A DNA stretch of 58,831 nt from Pseudomonadota bacterium (GCA_039187085.1 JBCCZV010000006.1:1-58831), one strand, 5' to 3'. Counted from the first letter of the stretch, positions 11,527-22,215 are shown. The notes: generated from the letters alone by a model not told the origin. A program made the numbers and translations.

Positions 11527-14500
11527 ATGAATTCATTACCAATAAAACGTATGACTGTCATAGCTGTTTTGGCTATAGCTATCACATTGTTTTTTTGGAT
11601 GGGTTCACGCTATCCGGATTTAAATACCAAGGCGCTAATGGCCAATTCTGGATCAGTTCAAGATACCTTAACCGTGTGGCCTATTTTATCGATCCATGAG
11701 AGCATGCCCCTGGCGCAAAAAATTCTTTTTTCGACTATTAACTGGATTCATAACAATTTAAAAGGAATGACCTTTGGAGTGATCATCGGAGGCTGCGCTT
11801 TCGCTTTTCTACCTTTATTGCAATTGAAAGCGGGTGGGGGGCGATGGACGAATGCCTTTTATGGCATGTTGATTGGTACACCTCTCGGCGTTTGCGTCAA
11901 TTGCGCTGCTCCTGTTTTCAAAGGAATATTACAAAGTAAACGACTGGAATTGGCATTTGCCATGATGATGAGTTCACCCACTCTAAATATTGTCGTGTTA
12001 ACCATGGTCTTTTCACTCTTTCCTTGGCACCTTGCGCTAATTAAAGTAACCTTTACCCTAGTCATGGTTTTAGTCTTGGTTCCTTTCTTATCATGGCTGT
12101 TACGCAATCACTCCATAGTCAATGATTGGTCTAAACTAGAAGCTTTCACGCAGAATCCATCAAAAAGTGAAAATGCTTGTGTGTTGCCAAATGAGTCTTG
12201 GATAAATGCTATTAAAAATGGTCTGATGGATTCTGCGAAGGGCGTTGCTCATATTGGCATTCGAACCATTCCTTTAATGTTGTTGGCTGGATTTTTAGGT
12301 GCCACGCTTTCTCAAATGATTCCTTTTTCTTTATACACACAACAGCCTGATTTTTTGAGTCTTTCTTTAATTGTTGCTGTCACCACATTACTACCGGTGC
12401 CTGTTGCTTTCGATGTTATCTTAGCGAATGCGATGTATGCGCAAGGTCTATCTGTCGCTGTTGTTATTACTCTGTTATGTGGATTAGGTATATTTAGCAT
12501 TTATTCTTTTTTTATTGTCTGGAGTAGTGTTTCACGATTATGGGCGTGTACTCTCATATTCGCTTGTTATTGTGTTTTATTTACTGTCGCATTGATAGCC
12601 CCTCAGTTACACCGTTTCTTTTTTGTTGAGCCTAACCTCACAGAATATCAAAAGCAAAATGCCTTATTTGAAAGTGCCAGTACCAGTGTTGTCGATAGAG
12701 AAGTCTTATCACCTTTTGCACCATTAGAAAAACAAGCAGCACGCTCCTATCAATTCGTTAAAGGCCATACATCCTTACAATTGTTAGAAAAACGTTTAAA
12801 TATCGATTATTCTGAAGTGCTCCCTGAAGGTGAATTAAAATTTAAAAAATTTGAAGGTTTTGAATTAGGAATTACACGAGGTTTTCGTTATGGAATACGT
12901 GATTATACGGATCCTTTCTGGGTAGGACGTGGTACAGGAACGGGGGATCTTGATAAAAATGGTTGGCCAGATTTAGTCTTAGGAAGTAGTCATGGCCCAC
13001 AAGTTTATTTAAATCAAGGAGGCTGGTTTGAACGTGTCAGCTTAAAGAACTTCAAGCTTCAACAGTTCAATACTTATGTGGTTGCATTTATTGATCTTAA
13101 TAATGATAGTTGGTTAGATCTTTTTTTCACCACCTATGAACATGGCAATTTTGTGATATACAGTGAGCAAGGACATTTAAAAGAAGAAACCTTAACAACA
13201 ATTCCCAATAATCAAGGGCTGCTCACAATAAGCCCAGGTTTTTATGATTTTGATGGTAATGGCTATCTCGATGTTCTCAATGGTAATATGGCATTGGGTG
13301 TCATTACTGCTTCCCATCAACTAGACGGCTATCGCCAAAATGCTATTACGTTTATTGAAAATAAAAAATTTAAAGAAGCGCCATTAAGCTTAACCAATGT
13401 CACTGGCGAAACTATGTCAACACTGATTGCTGATATCAATAACGACAATCAGGTTGACCTCTACATTGGTAATGATTTTATTGTTCCTGACCGTATTTTA
13501 TTAAGTTCTGGAGGTGGGTTTAAAGAAGTCTTGGAGCAGCAATTGATTGGTCAAACACCGACATTTTCCATGAGTGCGGATGTCGGTGATTTCAATAATG
13601 ATTTGCGTCCCGATCTGTTATCGATGGGAACGATTATGCGTGAACCTTGGGTTGGCCAAGAGCCTATTAATAAAGTCAAACCAGAAGTCTATGCTAAAGA
13701 CAGATGGACTGTGGAAACGTGTAAGAGCATTGCCAACCCGATACATCATGATAATTGTATGGTGAATCGCTCTCATCAACACATTCTGGATGTCAAACAA
13801 CACCGTAATTGGAAAGCTATAAATTGTAATCAACTGCCAACGCGTTTGCTGCAACAGCAGTGTTTAATCACCACTATGTGGTTTTTAGTGACGAATAACC
13901 TTGAATATTTCACATGTGATGAGGAATTCAGCTTTGATGAAAAACTGCTAAAGGTGTGTCGTATACTTAAGTCTCGAGGAGATCGCTACGAGCAACAGCA
14001 ACTCATTGGCGCTATACCGCAAAAAAATGGCAATTGGTTATACAAAAATACAGGAGATGGTTTGCAAGCGGTTTCAGAAAATACTTTTCGACATCCCGGT
14101 GGATGGACATGGAATGGTAAGTTTATTGATATTGACAATGATGGTTGGCAAGATATTTTTAATGCGGAGTCTGCAATACGCGAAAATGACTATGGCTGGA
14201 ATGTCGCGATGAAAAATTATCAAGGTACACGCTTTGAACCTATGCAGTTTTCATGGAACTTAACAGATAATTTTGGTTTGTTTTCCTTTGTCGCTATGGA
14301 TTATGATCTGGATGGCGACTTAGATATTATAGGAAATTCAGCAGAAGGTCCGATTCAAGTTTATCAAAACCCTTTTTCACAGCAATCTTACAGTGTCACC
14401 GTTTCATTGCGTGATCACTTAGGGAATGCCTTCGGTGTTGGTGCAAAAATCATTGTAAAAGCTCAGGAGCTATCTCAAGTTCGATGGATAAAGGCTTCGG

Positions 14501-14676
14501 GTGGATATCAAAGCTTTGATGGTTTAGATGCTCATTTTGGTTTGGGTAAACAAAAAGCCATTGAAAGTATAACGGTAATGTGGCCGGATCAATCTACATC
14601 TATTATTAACGGGCCTTTAGAAGCTGGTCGTCATTATTTAATAGAACGTTTTAATAAAAAGGTTCAAGAACTTTAA
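11527..14676 (+). CDS. ArsP/DUF318-like permease fused to FG-GAP repeats and ASPIC/UnbV (CRTAC1-like) domain
   Basis: N-terminal multi-TM region with GTPLGVCVNCAAP; about 7 DxDxDGxxD repeats; C-terminal GAKIIV...GGYQS...AHFGLG...VMWPD typical of ASPIC/UnbV. Confidence 0.8.
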   Translation: MNSLPIKRMTVIAVLAIAITLFFWMGSRYPDLNTKALMANSGSVQDTLTVWPILSIHESMPLAQKILFSTINWIHNNLKGMTFGVIIGGCAFAFLPLLQLKAGGGRWTNAFYGMLIGTPLGVCVNCAAPVFKGILQSKRLELAFAMMMSSPTLNIVVLTMVFSLFPWHLALIKVTFTLVMVLVLVPFLSWLLRNHSIVNDWSKLEAFTQNPSKSENACVLPNESWINAIKNGLMDSAKGVAHIGIRTIPLMLLAGFLGATLSQMIPFSLYTQQPDFLSLSLIVAVTTLLPVPVAFDVILANAMYAQGLSVAVVITLLCGLGIFSIYSFFIVWSSVSRLWACTLIFACYCVLFTVALIAPQLHRFFFVEPNLTEYQKQNALFESASTSVVDREVLSPFAPLEKQAARSYQFVKGHTSLQLLEKRLNIDYSEVLPEGELKFKKFEGFELGITRGFRYGIRDYTDPFWVGRGTGTGDLDKNGWPDLVLGSSHGPQVYLNQGGWFERVSLKNFKLQQFNTYVVAFIDLNNDSWLDLFFTTYEHGNFVIYSEQGHLKEETLTTIPNNQGLLTISPGFYDFDGNGYLDVLNGNMALGVITASHQLDGYRQNAITFIENKKFKEAPLSLTNVTGETMSTLIADINNDNQVDLYIGNDFIVPDRILLSSGGGFKEVLEQQLIGQTPTFSMSADVGDFNNDLRPDLLSMGTIMREPWVGQEPINKVKPEVYAKDRWTVETCKSIANPIHHDNCMVNRSHQHILDVKQHRNWKAINCNQLPTRLLQQQCLITTMWFLVTNNLEYFTCDEEFSFDEKLLKVCRILKSRGDRYEQQQLIGAIPQKNGNWLYKNTGDGLQAVSENTFRHPGGWTWNGKFIDIDNDGWQDIFNAESAIRENDYGWNVAMKNYQGTRFEPMQFSWNLTDNFGLFSFVAMDYDLDGDLDIIGNSAEGPIQVYQNPFSQQSYSVTVSLRDHLGNAFGVGAKIIVKAQELSQVRWIKASGGYQSFDGLDAHFGLGKQKAIESITVMWPDQSTSIINGPLEAGRHYLIERFNKKVQEL

Positions 14677-14744
14677 CAAAAACTTTTTGTTCATCCTCAT
14701 AAAATGGCATAGACTCAAAGGGTATTTAAGTGATCGGTGCCCTT

Positions 14745-14879
14745 ATGTCAGAAAAGATCAAGCCCCTCACTGCAAAACAAGAAGGTATCGTAACCACAGT
14801 GATCGAAGAATTTAATCATCACCGGATTCCTATCTTACTGAAAATTAAAGTACCTAATATTATCTTTTTCTATAATTAG
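14745..14879 (+). pseudogene. Possible truncated remnant of a small hypothetical gene (44 aa)
   Basis: ATG ORF MSEKIKPLTAKQEGIVTTVIEEFNHHRIPILLKIK... ending at the convergent kelch gene stop; family resemblance is from recall only. Confidence 0.3.
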
Positions 14880-15934
14880 TCTAGATTGAGTAGATCAAAC
14901 TTTAACACCTGATCGCTTACTGCTTGTCGTTCTAGCATCCCACCCAAAATATATCCATCATCACCATCAATAATCAAACCCCGGTGATCCATAGAGTTCG
15001 TGGTAACTTTGAGATGTTTTTGCCATTTTTGTTTTTTCATGTCCCAGGACAATATACTGCCTAAAGGTGAACTAGGCTTGCCATTATACCCAATACCATT
15101 AAAGTTATAAGGATTATCACTGCCACCAATAAAAACAATTTTATTGTTATAAGCTGCTGCCGCGCTACGATAACGTGCTGGGCCAGGATGAGATGGGATT
15201 TTTTTCCAAGTAATTTTTTTTATGTCTTTCAAGTCAATAGTGCCATGCCAAGCTTCGTTTGATATTTTAAATTGGCGTTTACCATCAACGACTGCAGCCA
15301 CCTTGACCCCATCAACCACTAATAATTCATTCTTTATGATGCCTCCGGCATGACCGAAGACTGGAGTTCCTGGAAATGTCGTCGCTTTATGCCACTCAAA
15401 GGTTTGCGTATCAAAAATTTGTACATCTTTAACGTTGCCCGTGTCGTGCCAACCAGAAACAAGATAAATGTAACGATCTTGATAGACAAGAGCGATAGAA
15501 TCATCCACCGGTATAGGCATGTCAGATATTTTTTTTATGGTGTTGGTTGAGGGGATCAGTTGATGTACATCAGGCATTGATTTTTCTTCATGATTTTCTG
15601 CAACGGTATAGCCGCCAAAAATATAAATATTGCCACCAGCGGTTGCTGCGATACTGGCTAATCTGCCTTCTTTCCATGGTACATGAGATAAAGTCTGGCT
15701 TTTTTGTTGTTTTATCGAAAAGCTCATCACAAGGTTACTGACCGCTTTCCAATCTTTTGCACTTTTTAATCCATTAAAGGAATAAAGAATGAGATCATCT
15801 TGCGTTTTGATATGGGCAACGGCGTTATTAGCAATAGGATGATTGAGCTTACCAATGAGCTCTATATCCTCGCTATAACCCGTTAGACTAAAAAGAAAAA
15901 AGAAAAATACGGCAAATGTTTGAAAAATATTCAT
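14876..15934 (-). CDS. Secreted kelch-repeat beta-propeller protein (NanM/galactose oxidase-like)
   Basis: Signal peptide; repeated IYIFGG, IYLVSGW, LLVVDG, IVFIGG, YILGG kelch motifs. Confidence 0.85.
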   Translation of the reverse strand: MNIFQTFAVFFFFLFSLTGYSEDIELIGKLNHPIANNAVAHIKTQDDLILYSFNGLKSAKDWKAVSNLVMSFSIKQQKSQTLSHVPWKEGRLASIAATAGGNIYIFGGYTVAENHEEKSMPDVHQLIPSTNTIKKISDMPIPVDDSIALVYQDRYIYLVSGWHDTGNVKDVQIFDTQTFEWHKATTFPGTPVFGHAGGIIKNELLVVDGVKVAAVVDGKRQFKISNEAWHGTIDLKDIKKITWKKIPSHPGPARYRSAAAAYNNKIVFIGGSDNPYNFNGIGYNGKPSSPLGSILSWDMKKQKWQKHLKVTTNSMDHRGLIIDGDDGYILGGMLERQAVSDQVLKFDLLNLD

Positions 15935-16053
15935 TGTGAATGACCTAAAAAGTTATTTTCACAATGTTATACCGTATTTTGACCAAAAATCCTATTAATG
16001 ATAATTATTGACCTTAAATGATTGTACTTATTACTTGAAACGAAGATCTCTAT

Positions 16054-17220
16054 TTAGAGAAAACGCTTTAAAATTGATTGTGTTGTCGTAATCGTGAGCT
16101 CTACCTGAGCATGACTCTGTTTAAACCCTCTCCCTATGCCTTGTATTCGGTTTCTAGAAATCCCTTTTTTCACGAACCATTCGATTACGCGTTGGGTTCG
16201 TTTTGATGACTGAGTGAGGTCTCTCATCGAATTAACTTCCTGTTGATTGGCATAACCTTCAACGATCAGTATACCTTCTTTATCATTGGTTAATATAGAG
16301 TGGAAAATTTGTAGTTGTTCAAGCTGTTGTTGCGAAAATTGATTTAACAGAAGTGTTTGTTGTTGAGACAGTTGTAGTGATTTTTTGAATACTATGATTT
16401 CATCTCTATCATAAATTTCACAGCCATGACTATTGACAATGACATTTTTATGAGTAGAAGGGCATTTGTCTATGGTATTTGATATACCATCATTATCATT
16501 ATCGTAGTGTGACTGCTCTGGAGCAACGGGTTTGGGAGGTAAAGAAGAATCCGTGCCTTTCTGATGGGTCAATGAAGAATTAATCATAGTCTGAGGTTGG
16601 TTGTTTTTGTGAACAAGTAGTTGATTTTTAGAGGAATGAGAAGGTATTTTCTTTATTGCTGTTTTAAATGGTTTTGTATTTTTTTCAAAAAAATATTCAA
16701 AGCCTGCATAAATAGAATAGTCCATAAAAGACTCTTCTAAATGATAATCTGCAATGGCATTAAGGTTAAGGTGCCAGCGAGTGCTAATAGGTAGGTTAAC
16801 TCCAGGACCAAATCTTAATAAAGTATCTCCCTGAGTACCCTCGGTTAATGGGTTTATTTCCTCATGAAAAACGCCAAATTTCCATGAAGGTATTAAATTG
16901 GAAGGTTCATCCGATACTATCGGATGAAAAAAGTCATACAGTCGATAGTGAAAATTAATACCAAAACGCGAATAATCGATGTGTTCTCCCGAAGATAGCT
17001 TATTATCCTCTTCATAAGCCATTTCTAGAGACCAGGAGTCGCTAAGCTCCATACCTAAATGAAATCCCTCACCAAACCGACTTTCTAATTTTTGTTCAGT
17101 ATCATGTTCTGTTAATACTTTAAATACACTCATTGAGTAATCTGCGAATAGATTACTAGAAACACAGAACAAAAAAATTAACATAAATAGTGTGTTATAA
17201 TAGTTAAATCGTTTTTTCAT
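16054..17220 (-). CDS. OmpA-family outer-membrane protein (beta-barrel, TSP3-like linker, divergent OmpA C-domain)
   Basis: Signal peptide; barrel ending YAGFEYFF; DNDNDGISNTIDKCPST...GC; C-terminal VEGYAN...SKRTQRV...GISRNRIQGIGRG; 20 bp downstream of the HlyD gene. Confidence 0.78.
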   Translation of the reverse strand: MKKRFNYYNTLFMLIFLFCVSSNLFADYSMSVFKVLTEHDTEQKLESRFGEGFHLGMELSDSWSLEMAYEEDNKLSSGEHIDYSRFGINFHYRLYDFFHPIVSDEPSNLIPSWKFGVFHEEINPLTEGTQGDTLLRFGPGVNLPISTRWHLNLNAIADYHLEESFMDYSIYAGFEYFFEKNTKPFKTAIKKIPSHSSKNQLLVHKNNQPQTMINSSLTHQKGTDSSLPPKPVAPEQSHYDNDNDGISNTIDKCPSTHKNVIVNSHGCEIYDRDEIIVFKKSLQLSQQQTLLLNQFSQQQLEQLQIFHSILTNDKEGILIVEGYANQQEVNSMRDLTQSSKRTQRVIEWFVKKGISRNRIQGIGRGFKQSHAQVELTITTTQSILKRFL

Positions 17221-17239
17221 AATAAAAAGCTATCTTCCA

Positions 17240-18670
17240 TTAACGTTCTTTAATACTTTCTTGTTGGTATTTCAATAAAGGAGCGAGAAAATATTCTATG
17301 ACTCGTCGTTGCCCAGTTTTAATTTCTGCTGATACTGACATACCAGGGAGCAATTCAACGGTTTTGTTATTGACACGAATATGATTCTTTTTGAGTTTAA
17401 ATCGTAAAGGATAGACTAAGCCAAACTGTTCGTGCTCTACAGCGTCCTGGCTAATAATGATGAGTTCACTATCGACAGTACCATATTTGGTGAAAGGAAA
17501 TGTATGGACTTTTATTGCTGCAAAATCTTTCAGTTTAATGTAGCCAATATCCTTATTAGGAAGTAATGCTTCGACGATTAAAATGTCATTCTTGGGTACG
17601 ATATGCATAAGCTCTTGTGCTGGCGTCACAACTTCATTGATACTGGTTAAAGATAACTGTTTCACATAACCAGACACAGGTGCTCTCAATTCGTAGAAAT
17701 CATTTTGTTCTTTGAGCTTACTTCTCTCTTTAGTTAAGGTGTTTTTCTTTACACGTAATTCTTCGATTAGCTGTATTGAATTAGAGCGATATTCACTTAA
17801 ATTAGCATATAATTGATGTTTAGATTTGTTAAGGTTGGCTTCTAATTCATTTTGTCTTGCCATTGCTAAGGTTAAGTTTTGTTTGGCATCAAGGTATGCT
17901 TTTTCGGCATCGAGTAGTTGAATATGAGAAGTGATTTGTTGTTGTGCAAGTTTCCGATAAGCGTCTCTTTGTTGCGCAATTAATGGCAACGTTTGTGATA
18001 ATGACTTGATAGATTCATGATTAGTCACAATAGCCGAACGTTGCTCATTAATTTGGCTGAAGAGAACACGGATTTTGTTTTGATATTCTTGCCAGCGTTC
18101 AGAAAGTATTAACCATTGAAAGTTTTTTTGTTCCGTATTGATGCTCGATAAATTTTTGATGAAATCGTTTTTCAGTGAATTGTCATTTAGTAAAAAGTCA
18201 TGATGAAAATGGTCGCTGTTTGTATTGATACGTTTTTGCAACTTCAAAAAAAACGTTTCTCTCAACCATGCATTTTCTACGCTACCTAATTCTTCAGAGA
18301 GGCGTGCAAAATCTGTTTGTATAATTGTGTTATCGAAGCTGACAAGCTTTTCACCTTTTTCTACAAACTGTCCCTCAGTAACCCAAATGGTTTTGACCAT
18401 GCCCTGTATAAAGGGTTGAATTTTTTTAACTTTTGATGTCGGGATGATTTTACCTTCGGCAACGGCAACAATATCAATTTTCCCCCAAAATGCCCAGCCG
18501 ATAGCACCGACGAACAACAGGAGTAATGTCCACGCTAAAACTCTACCAACAGGGGACGGGGGTTTATCTTGCACCTCAAGAACACCAGGTACGAAATCGT
18601 ACATATCTCTTGAGACTTCAACAGGATCATTGTCTGAACCTAAAGGTTGGTTATGATTAGAGGTTGTCAA
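17240..18670 (-). CDS. hlyD: Type I secretion membrane fusion protein, HlyD family
   Basis: DIVAVAEGKIIP, LRAPVSGYV, FPFTKYG, LLPGMSVSAEIKTGQRRVIEYFLAPL; 4-bp overlap with the ABC gene. Confidence 0.93.
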   Translation of the reverse strand: MTTSNHNQPLGSDNDPVEVSRDMYDFVPGVLEVQDKPPSPVGRVLAWTLLLLFVGAIGWAFWGKIDIVAVAEGKIIPTSKVKKIQPFIQGMVKTIWVTEGQFVEKGEKLVSFDNTIIQTDFARLSEELGSVENAWLRETFFLKLQKRINTNSDHFHHDFLLNDNSLKNDFIKNLSSINTEQKNFQWLILSERWQEYQNKIRVLFSQINEQRSAIVTNHESIKSLSQTLPLIAQQRDAYRKLAQQQITSHIQLLDAEKAYLDAKQNLTLAMARQNELEANLNKSKHQLYANLSEYRSNSIQLIEELRVKKNTLTKERSKLKEQNDFYELRAPVSGYVKQLSLTSINEVVTPAQELMHIVPKNDILIVEALLPNKDIGYIKLKDFAAIKVHTFPFTKYGTVDSELIIISQDAVEHEQFGLVYPLRFKLKKNHIRVNNKTVELLPGMSVSAEIKTGQRRVIEYFLAPLLKYQQESIKER

Positions 18671-20934
18671 GACTGTGAGCTCTTTTGTGGAGGCGTATTG
18701 GGTTTAATAATGACTCTTCGTGGAGGATGCTCTCCATAGACATTGCCATTTTGTAGGGCATAAAGTCTCGCATAGTGACCTTGCTTTTTTAATAATGCAT
18801 TATGAGGACCACTTTCTACAATTTTTCCTTTTTCCATAACAATAATACGATGACATCGCCTCACAGTACTTAAACGATGAGCGATAATAAAAACACTTCT
18901 ACCACGACATATTTCTTCCATATTATTTTGTATGATGCGTTCTGACTCATAATCCAGCGCACTGGTTGCTTCATCAAATATTAAAATTTTAGGATTGGTT
19001 AAAAGAGCGCGGGCAATAGCAATACGTTGACGCTGTCCTCCGGATAATTGACAACCACTTTCCCCCACAGTTGTGTCATAACCTGCATCGAGTTCAGAAA
19101 TGAAATCATGTGCACCAGCCAATTTAGCAACATTGATAATTTCATCCATGCTTGCACTAGGTGCTGTCATAGCAATATTATCTCTAACGGAGCGATTGAA
19201 TAGAAAGTTTTCTTGAAGAACCACGCCCACATGTTGACGTAACCACCCAGTATCAACGCTTGCTAAATCAACGCCATCAATTAAAATACGTCCTGATTCC
19301 GGCGTGTAAAGTCTTTGAATAAGTTTTGTTAGTGTACTCTTTCCGGAACCGGAACGTCCAACAATACCGGTAACTTCACCGGCTTTAACCGCTAAAGATA
19401 CATGGTTGAGTATCGGCTGTGCATCGGGACGGTAACGAAATACCACATCATCCAAAGTTACATCACCTTTTATCTCTGATAAAGTTGTGCGGTTAGGATC
19501 GTAGGTTTGTTCTGTCGGTGTATTGAGAATGTCACCAAGCCTTGCTACTGAAATGGCCGCTTGTTGAAAATCTTGCCAAAGCTGTACTAACTTTAAAATA
19601 GGGTTACTGACTCGTCCTGCAATCATATTAAAAGCAATAAGCTGACCCACACTAAGTTCACCTGACATGACTAATTGCGCACCAAAATAAATAATTAAAA
19701 TCGTGGTGAGTTTATTAATAAAAGCGGCTATTTGACTGGCTATATTGCCGAGGTGTTGTGTTTTAAAAGAAGACTTGACGTAATCCGCTAATTGATTCTC
19801 CCATGTCCTGCGCATATTCGGTTCAAGTGCAAGAGCTTTAACGGTTTGTACGCCTGTGACTGATTCCACTAAAAAAGCTTGGTTTTGTGCGCCGTACTTA
19901 AATTTTTCATCTAAACGCTTGCGAAGAATAGGCGTGATGACTATTGATAAAACAATGTAAAAAGGAATGGTGAGTAAAACAATCACTGTTAAGTAAGGAC
20001 TGTAAAACCACATAACGGAAAAAAACACCAAGGTAAATAACAAGTCAATGACTAAAGTGAGAGCACTTCCTGTAATAAAGTTACGGATACTATCCAACTC
20101 TTTAACACGAGCAACACTATGTCCAACGGGCCGATTCTCAAAATAAGCGAGAGGCAGACCTAACAGATGAGTAAAGAGTTTCGTTCCCAGTTCCACATCA
20201 ACGCGATTGGTGGTATGGCTAAATAAATAGGTACGAAACCCTTCAAGAAACACATCAAATAAAATAATGCTCACAAAAGCAATGGTTAACACATCTAATG
20301 TGGTTAAGCCATTATGGAGTAACACCTTATCCATAACCACTTGAAAGAATAAGGGAAGGACTAAAGCAAAAATTTGCAAAAAAAACGAAGCAATAAAAAC
20401 TTCATAAAATTGTTTTTTATATTTTTTAAAAACAGGAATAAACCAGCTAATATCAAACTTAGCAGCTTTACTTTTAAAATAGCCTTGCTTGTTACTAAAC
20501 AGCAATAATTTCCCTGTCCATTTTTTAAGCAGTTCTTCTTGGTTGACTATTTGTGGTTTTTGTTGACGCGGATCTTGTAACAAATAATGAGTCGAAGATT
20601 TATTCGTTTCTTGATGGTTTGCATCTTCATTTTCTTGAAAAATGTTTTTGCCAATAATGACAAAACTACCATCGTTTAATTCGGCAATGGCTGGTAATAA
20701 ATGTTGGTTTAAGTCATCAGTTTTACAGTGAAAACGTTTTGCTTTTAATGAAAGAGATTTGGCTGCTCGTAAAATATCAACATCACTGAAATGTTGGTTG
20801 GGTTGAGAAAATTCACGTTGTAAAGATTCAAGAGAAGCCGGTGTGTCTAATATTTGAGCAAGTATAACTAAACAATGCAAGCCTGTGTCTAAGGTGTTTT
20901 CCACAGAGGAGGGAGGAGTGATACTTCCAGTCAT
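18667..20934 (-). CDS. hlyB: Type I secretion ABC transporter, HlyB family, with C39-like domain
   Basis: PLFFQVVMDKVL, Walker A GRSGSGKST, LSGGQRQR, ILIFDEATSALD; N-terminal DTGLHCL in place of the C39 DCG motif. Confidence 0.95.
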   Translation of the reverse strand: MTGSITPPSSVENTLDTGLHCLVILAQILDTPASLESLQREFSQPNQHFSDVDILRAAKSLSLKAKRFHCKTDDLNQHLLPAIAELNDGSFVIIGKNIFQENEDANHQETNKSSTHYLLQDPRQQKPQIVNQEELLKKWTGKLLLFSNKQGYFKSKAAKFDISWFIPVFKKYKKQFYEVFIASFFLQIFALVLPLFFQVVMDKVLLHNGLTTLDVLTIAFVSIILFDVFLEGFRTYLFSHTTNRVDVELGTKLFTHLLGLPLAYFENRPVGHSVARVKELDSIRNFITGSALTLVIDLLFTLVFFSVMWFYSPYLTVIVLLTIPFYIVLSIVITPILRKRLDEKFKYGAQNQAFLVESVTGVQTVKALALEPNMRRTWENQLADYVKSSFKTQHLGNIASQIAAFINKLTTILIIYFGAQLVMSGELSVGQLIAFNMIAGRVSNPILKLVQLWQDFQQAAISVARLGDILNTPTEQTYDPNRTTLSEIKGDVTLDDVVFRYRPDAQPILNHVSLAVKAGEVTGIVGRSGSGKSTLTKLIQRLYTPESGRILIDGVDLASVDTGWLRQHVGVVLQENFLFNRSVRDNIAMTAPSASMDEIINVAKLAGAHDFISELDAGYDTTVGESGCQLSGGQRQRIAIARALLTNPKILIFDEATSALDYESERIIQNNMEEICRGRSVFIIAHRLSTVRRCHRIIVMEKGKIVESGPHNALLKKQGHYARLYALQNGNVYGEHPPRRVIIKPNTPPQKSSQS

Positions 20935-21567
20935 TATGAAACAAAAGTCCTTTTTTGAACTAGGGTAAAAATTTTGGCCATTCTAGAAGGCTTCTTGATA
21001 AACGTCAATGAATTTGTTGTTATTACAAAATAGGTCTTTTCAAGATTACACCGTTGATAAAAACTGAGTGCATTGAATATAAAGAACAAGAATTTTAGAA
21101 GAGGATAGGTTTATTTTGTGAATGGTTAGGTTTACGTGATAACAATAATGATTGCTATAAATCAAAAGAAATAAAGTTGAGAAAAATGAATCGTCAGCAC
21201 GACAGCAAGCAATGTCATTTACAATAAACAAAGTATATAGGGTTTTTAGCATAACCGAATATGAAAAAAATATTAGGTTTTGGAAAGACGTTACAACGGA
21301 GTTTCCATCATCCTATATAGAGTTTCAATGAACCACGTGATCATGATTTTATTACAGGTGCGTTAGAGTTTTTCTAAAAAACACCTGAACACTTGACAGT
21401 CAAAATGAATTCAATAAACATGGTCGAAGGCATTAATCAATGACGTTCATATTTTTAAATTTCCTTTTTTTAAAAAATTAATGCAAAACAATAAAGAGCA
21501 TATTGGGATGAATGATATTTTCTGGCTAAATCAATTTTTATCATATGTTGCTACATAGGAAAATACC

Positions 21568-21975
21568 ATGAGTTACGTGTTTGAAAACATCACGCAAGAT
21601 GATGTGGAAAAAATTTTGAAAGATGTCAGCGCTTATCGACGGTTAGAAGGACTGATAAAACGTCGTGATTATTTTGAAGATATCCAAAGTATCTATTGGT
21701 CTATTAACCGTGAGATAGATTGCTATTTTATGTATGCACCGAAAATAGATGTGCGTTCACCCAATGAAAATTTTATGTTTTTCTTTGCTGGGCAGATGCA
21801 TCGACTGGTTTTAACTCGTAAGCCAAGATTTTTGAAATTTGATCGTAAAGTGCCTGAGACGCATCAGCAAGCGGCTATCGTCGAATTGAATAAAGCCTAT
21901 AAGGCTTTTGGGGTGATAGGTCAGGGTGAAAACTCTAAGCAGTGGATGGATTTTAACGTGGAGTTCGCATCATGA
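21568..21975 (+). CDS. Putative cytoplasmic immunity/partner protein of RTX1, copy 1 (orphan)
   Basis: AGGA RBS; paralog of 23929 and 24838; ATGA overlap with a toxin stub; no signal peptide. Confidence 0.7.
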   Translation: MSYVFENITQDDVEKILKDVSAYRRLEGLIKRRDYFEDIQSIYWSINREIDCYFMYAPKIDVRSPNENFMFFFAGQMHRLVLTRKPRFLKFDRKVPETHQQAAIVELNKAYKAFGVIGQGENSKQWMDFNVEFAS

Positions 21976-22064
21976 TAGAAAGAACTTACAGAAGTGCTCT
22001 TGAAGAACTACGCAGCCGTGATCTTCTTACCAACATGCCATGTTGGCTTGAATCCTCTTTTTGA
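21972..22064 (+). pseudogene. RTX1 N-terminal stub (MIERTYRSALEELRSRD...), 30 aa
   Basis: First 17 codons nearly identical to the start of the 25254 ORF, then divergence and a stop. Confidence 0.85.
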
Positions 22065-22086
22065 TTTAGTCAAATAACGACAACAT

Positions 22087-22215
22087 TGTCAAAAATGAAT
22101 GACTCACTAAAAAATTTTTAAAAGCTCCCTTGACATCATCAAGTCATCACATAGTATAACGTTTAATCGTTTAGGAAAGCCATCTCATAAAAGGATGCAT
22201 CTCATACTTTATTCC
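22087..22215 (+). promoter_or_regulatory. Conserved cassette promoter/leader, copy 1
   Basis: TGTCA-N8-TGAC; TTGACA (22130)-16 bp-TAGTAT; two AGGA motifs; repeated at 24460 and 31409. Confidence 0.75.

Noticed and set aside
11430-11699. 89-aa ORF overlapping the permease start
   Set aside because: Spans a terminator hairpin and overlaps a well-supported gene out of frame
12900-14676. Enediyne biosynthetic cluster suggested by the UnbV domain
   Set aside because: No PKS, thioesterase or other unb genes in the window
20940-21560. ORF 21046-21252 (-) and short + strand coding-like fragments
   Set aside because: No RBS or recognisable motifs; possibly decayed gene debris in a divergent promoter region, but unsupported
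22087-22104. FleQ box in the cassette promoter
   Set aside because: Half-site spacing is N8, whereas the FleQ consensus I recall is GTCA-N6-TGAC; regulator left unassigned
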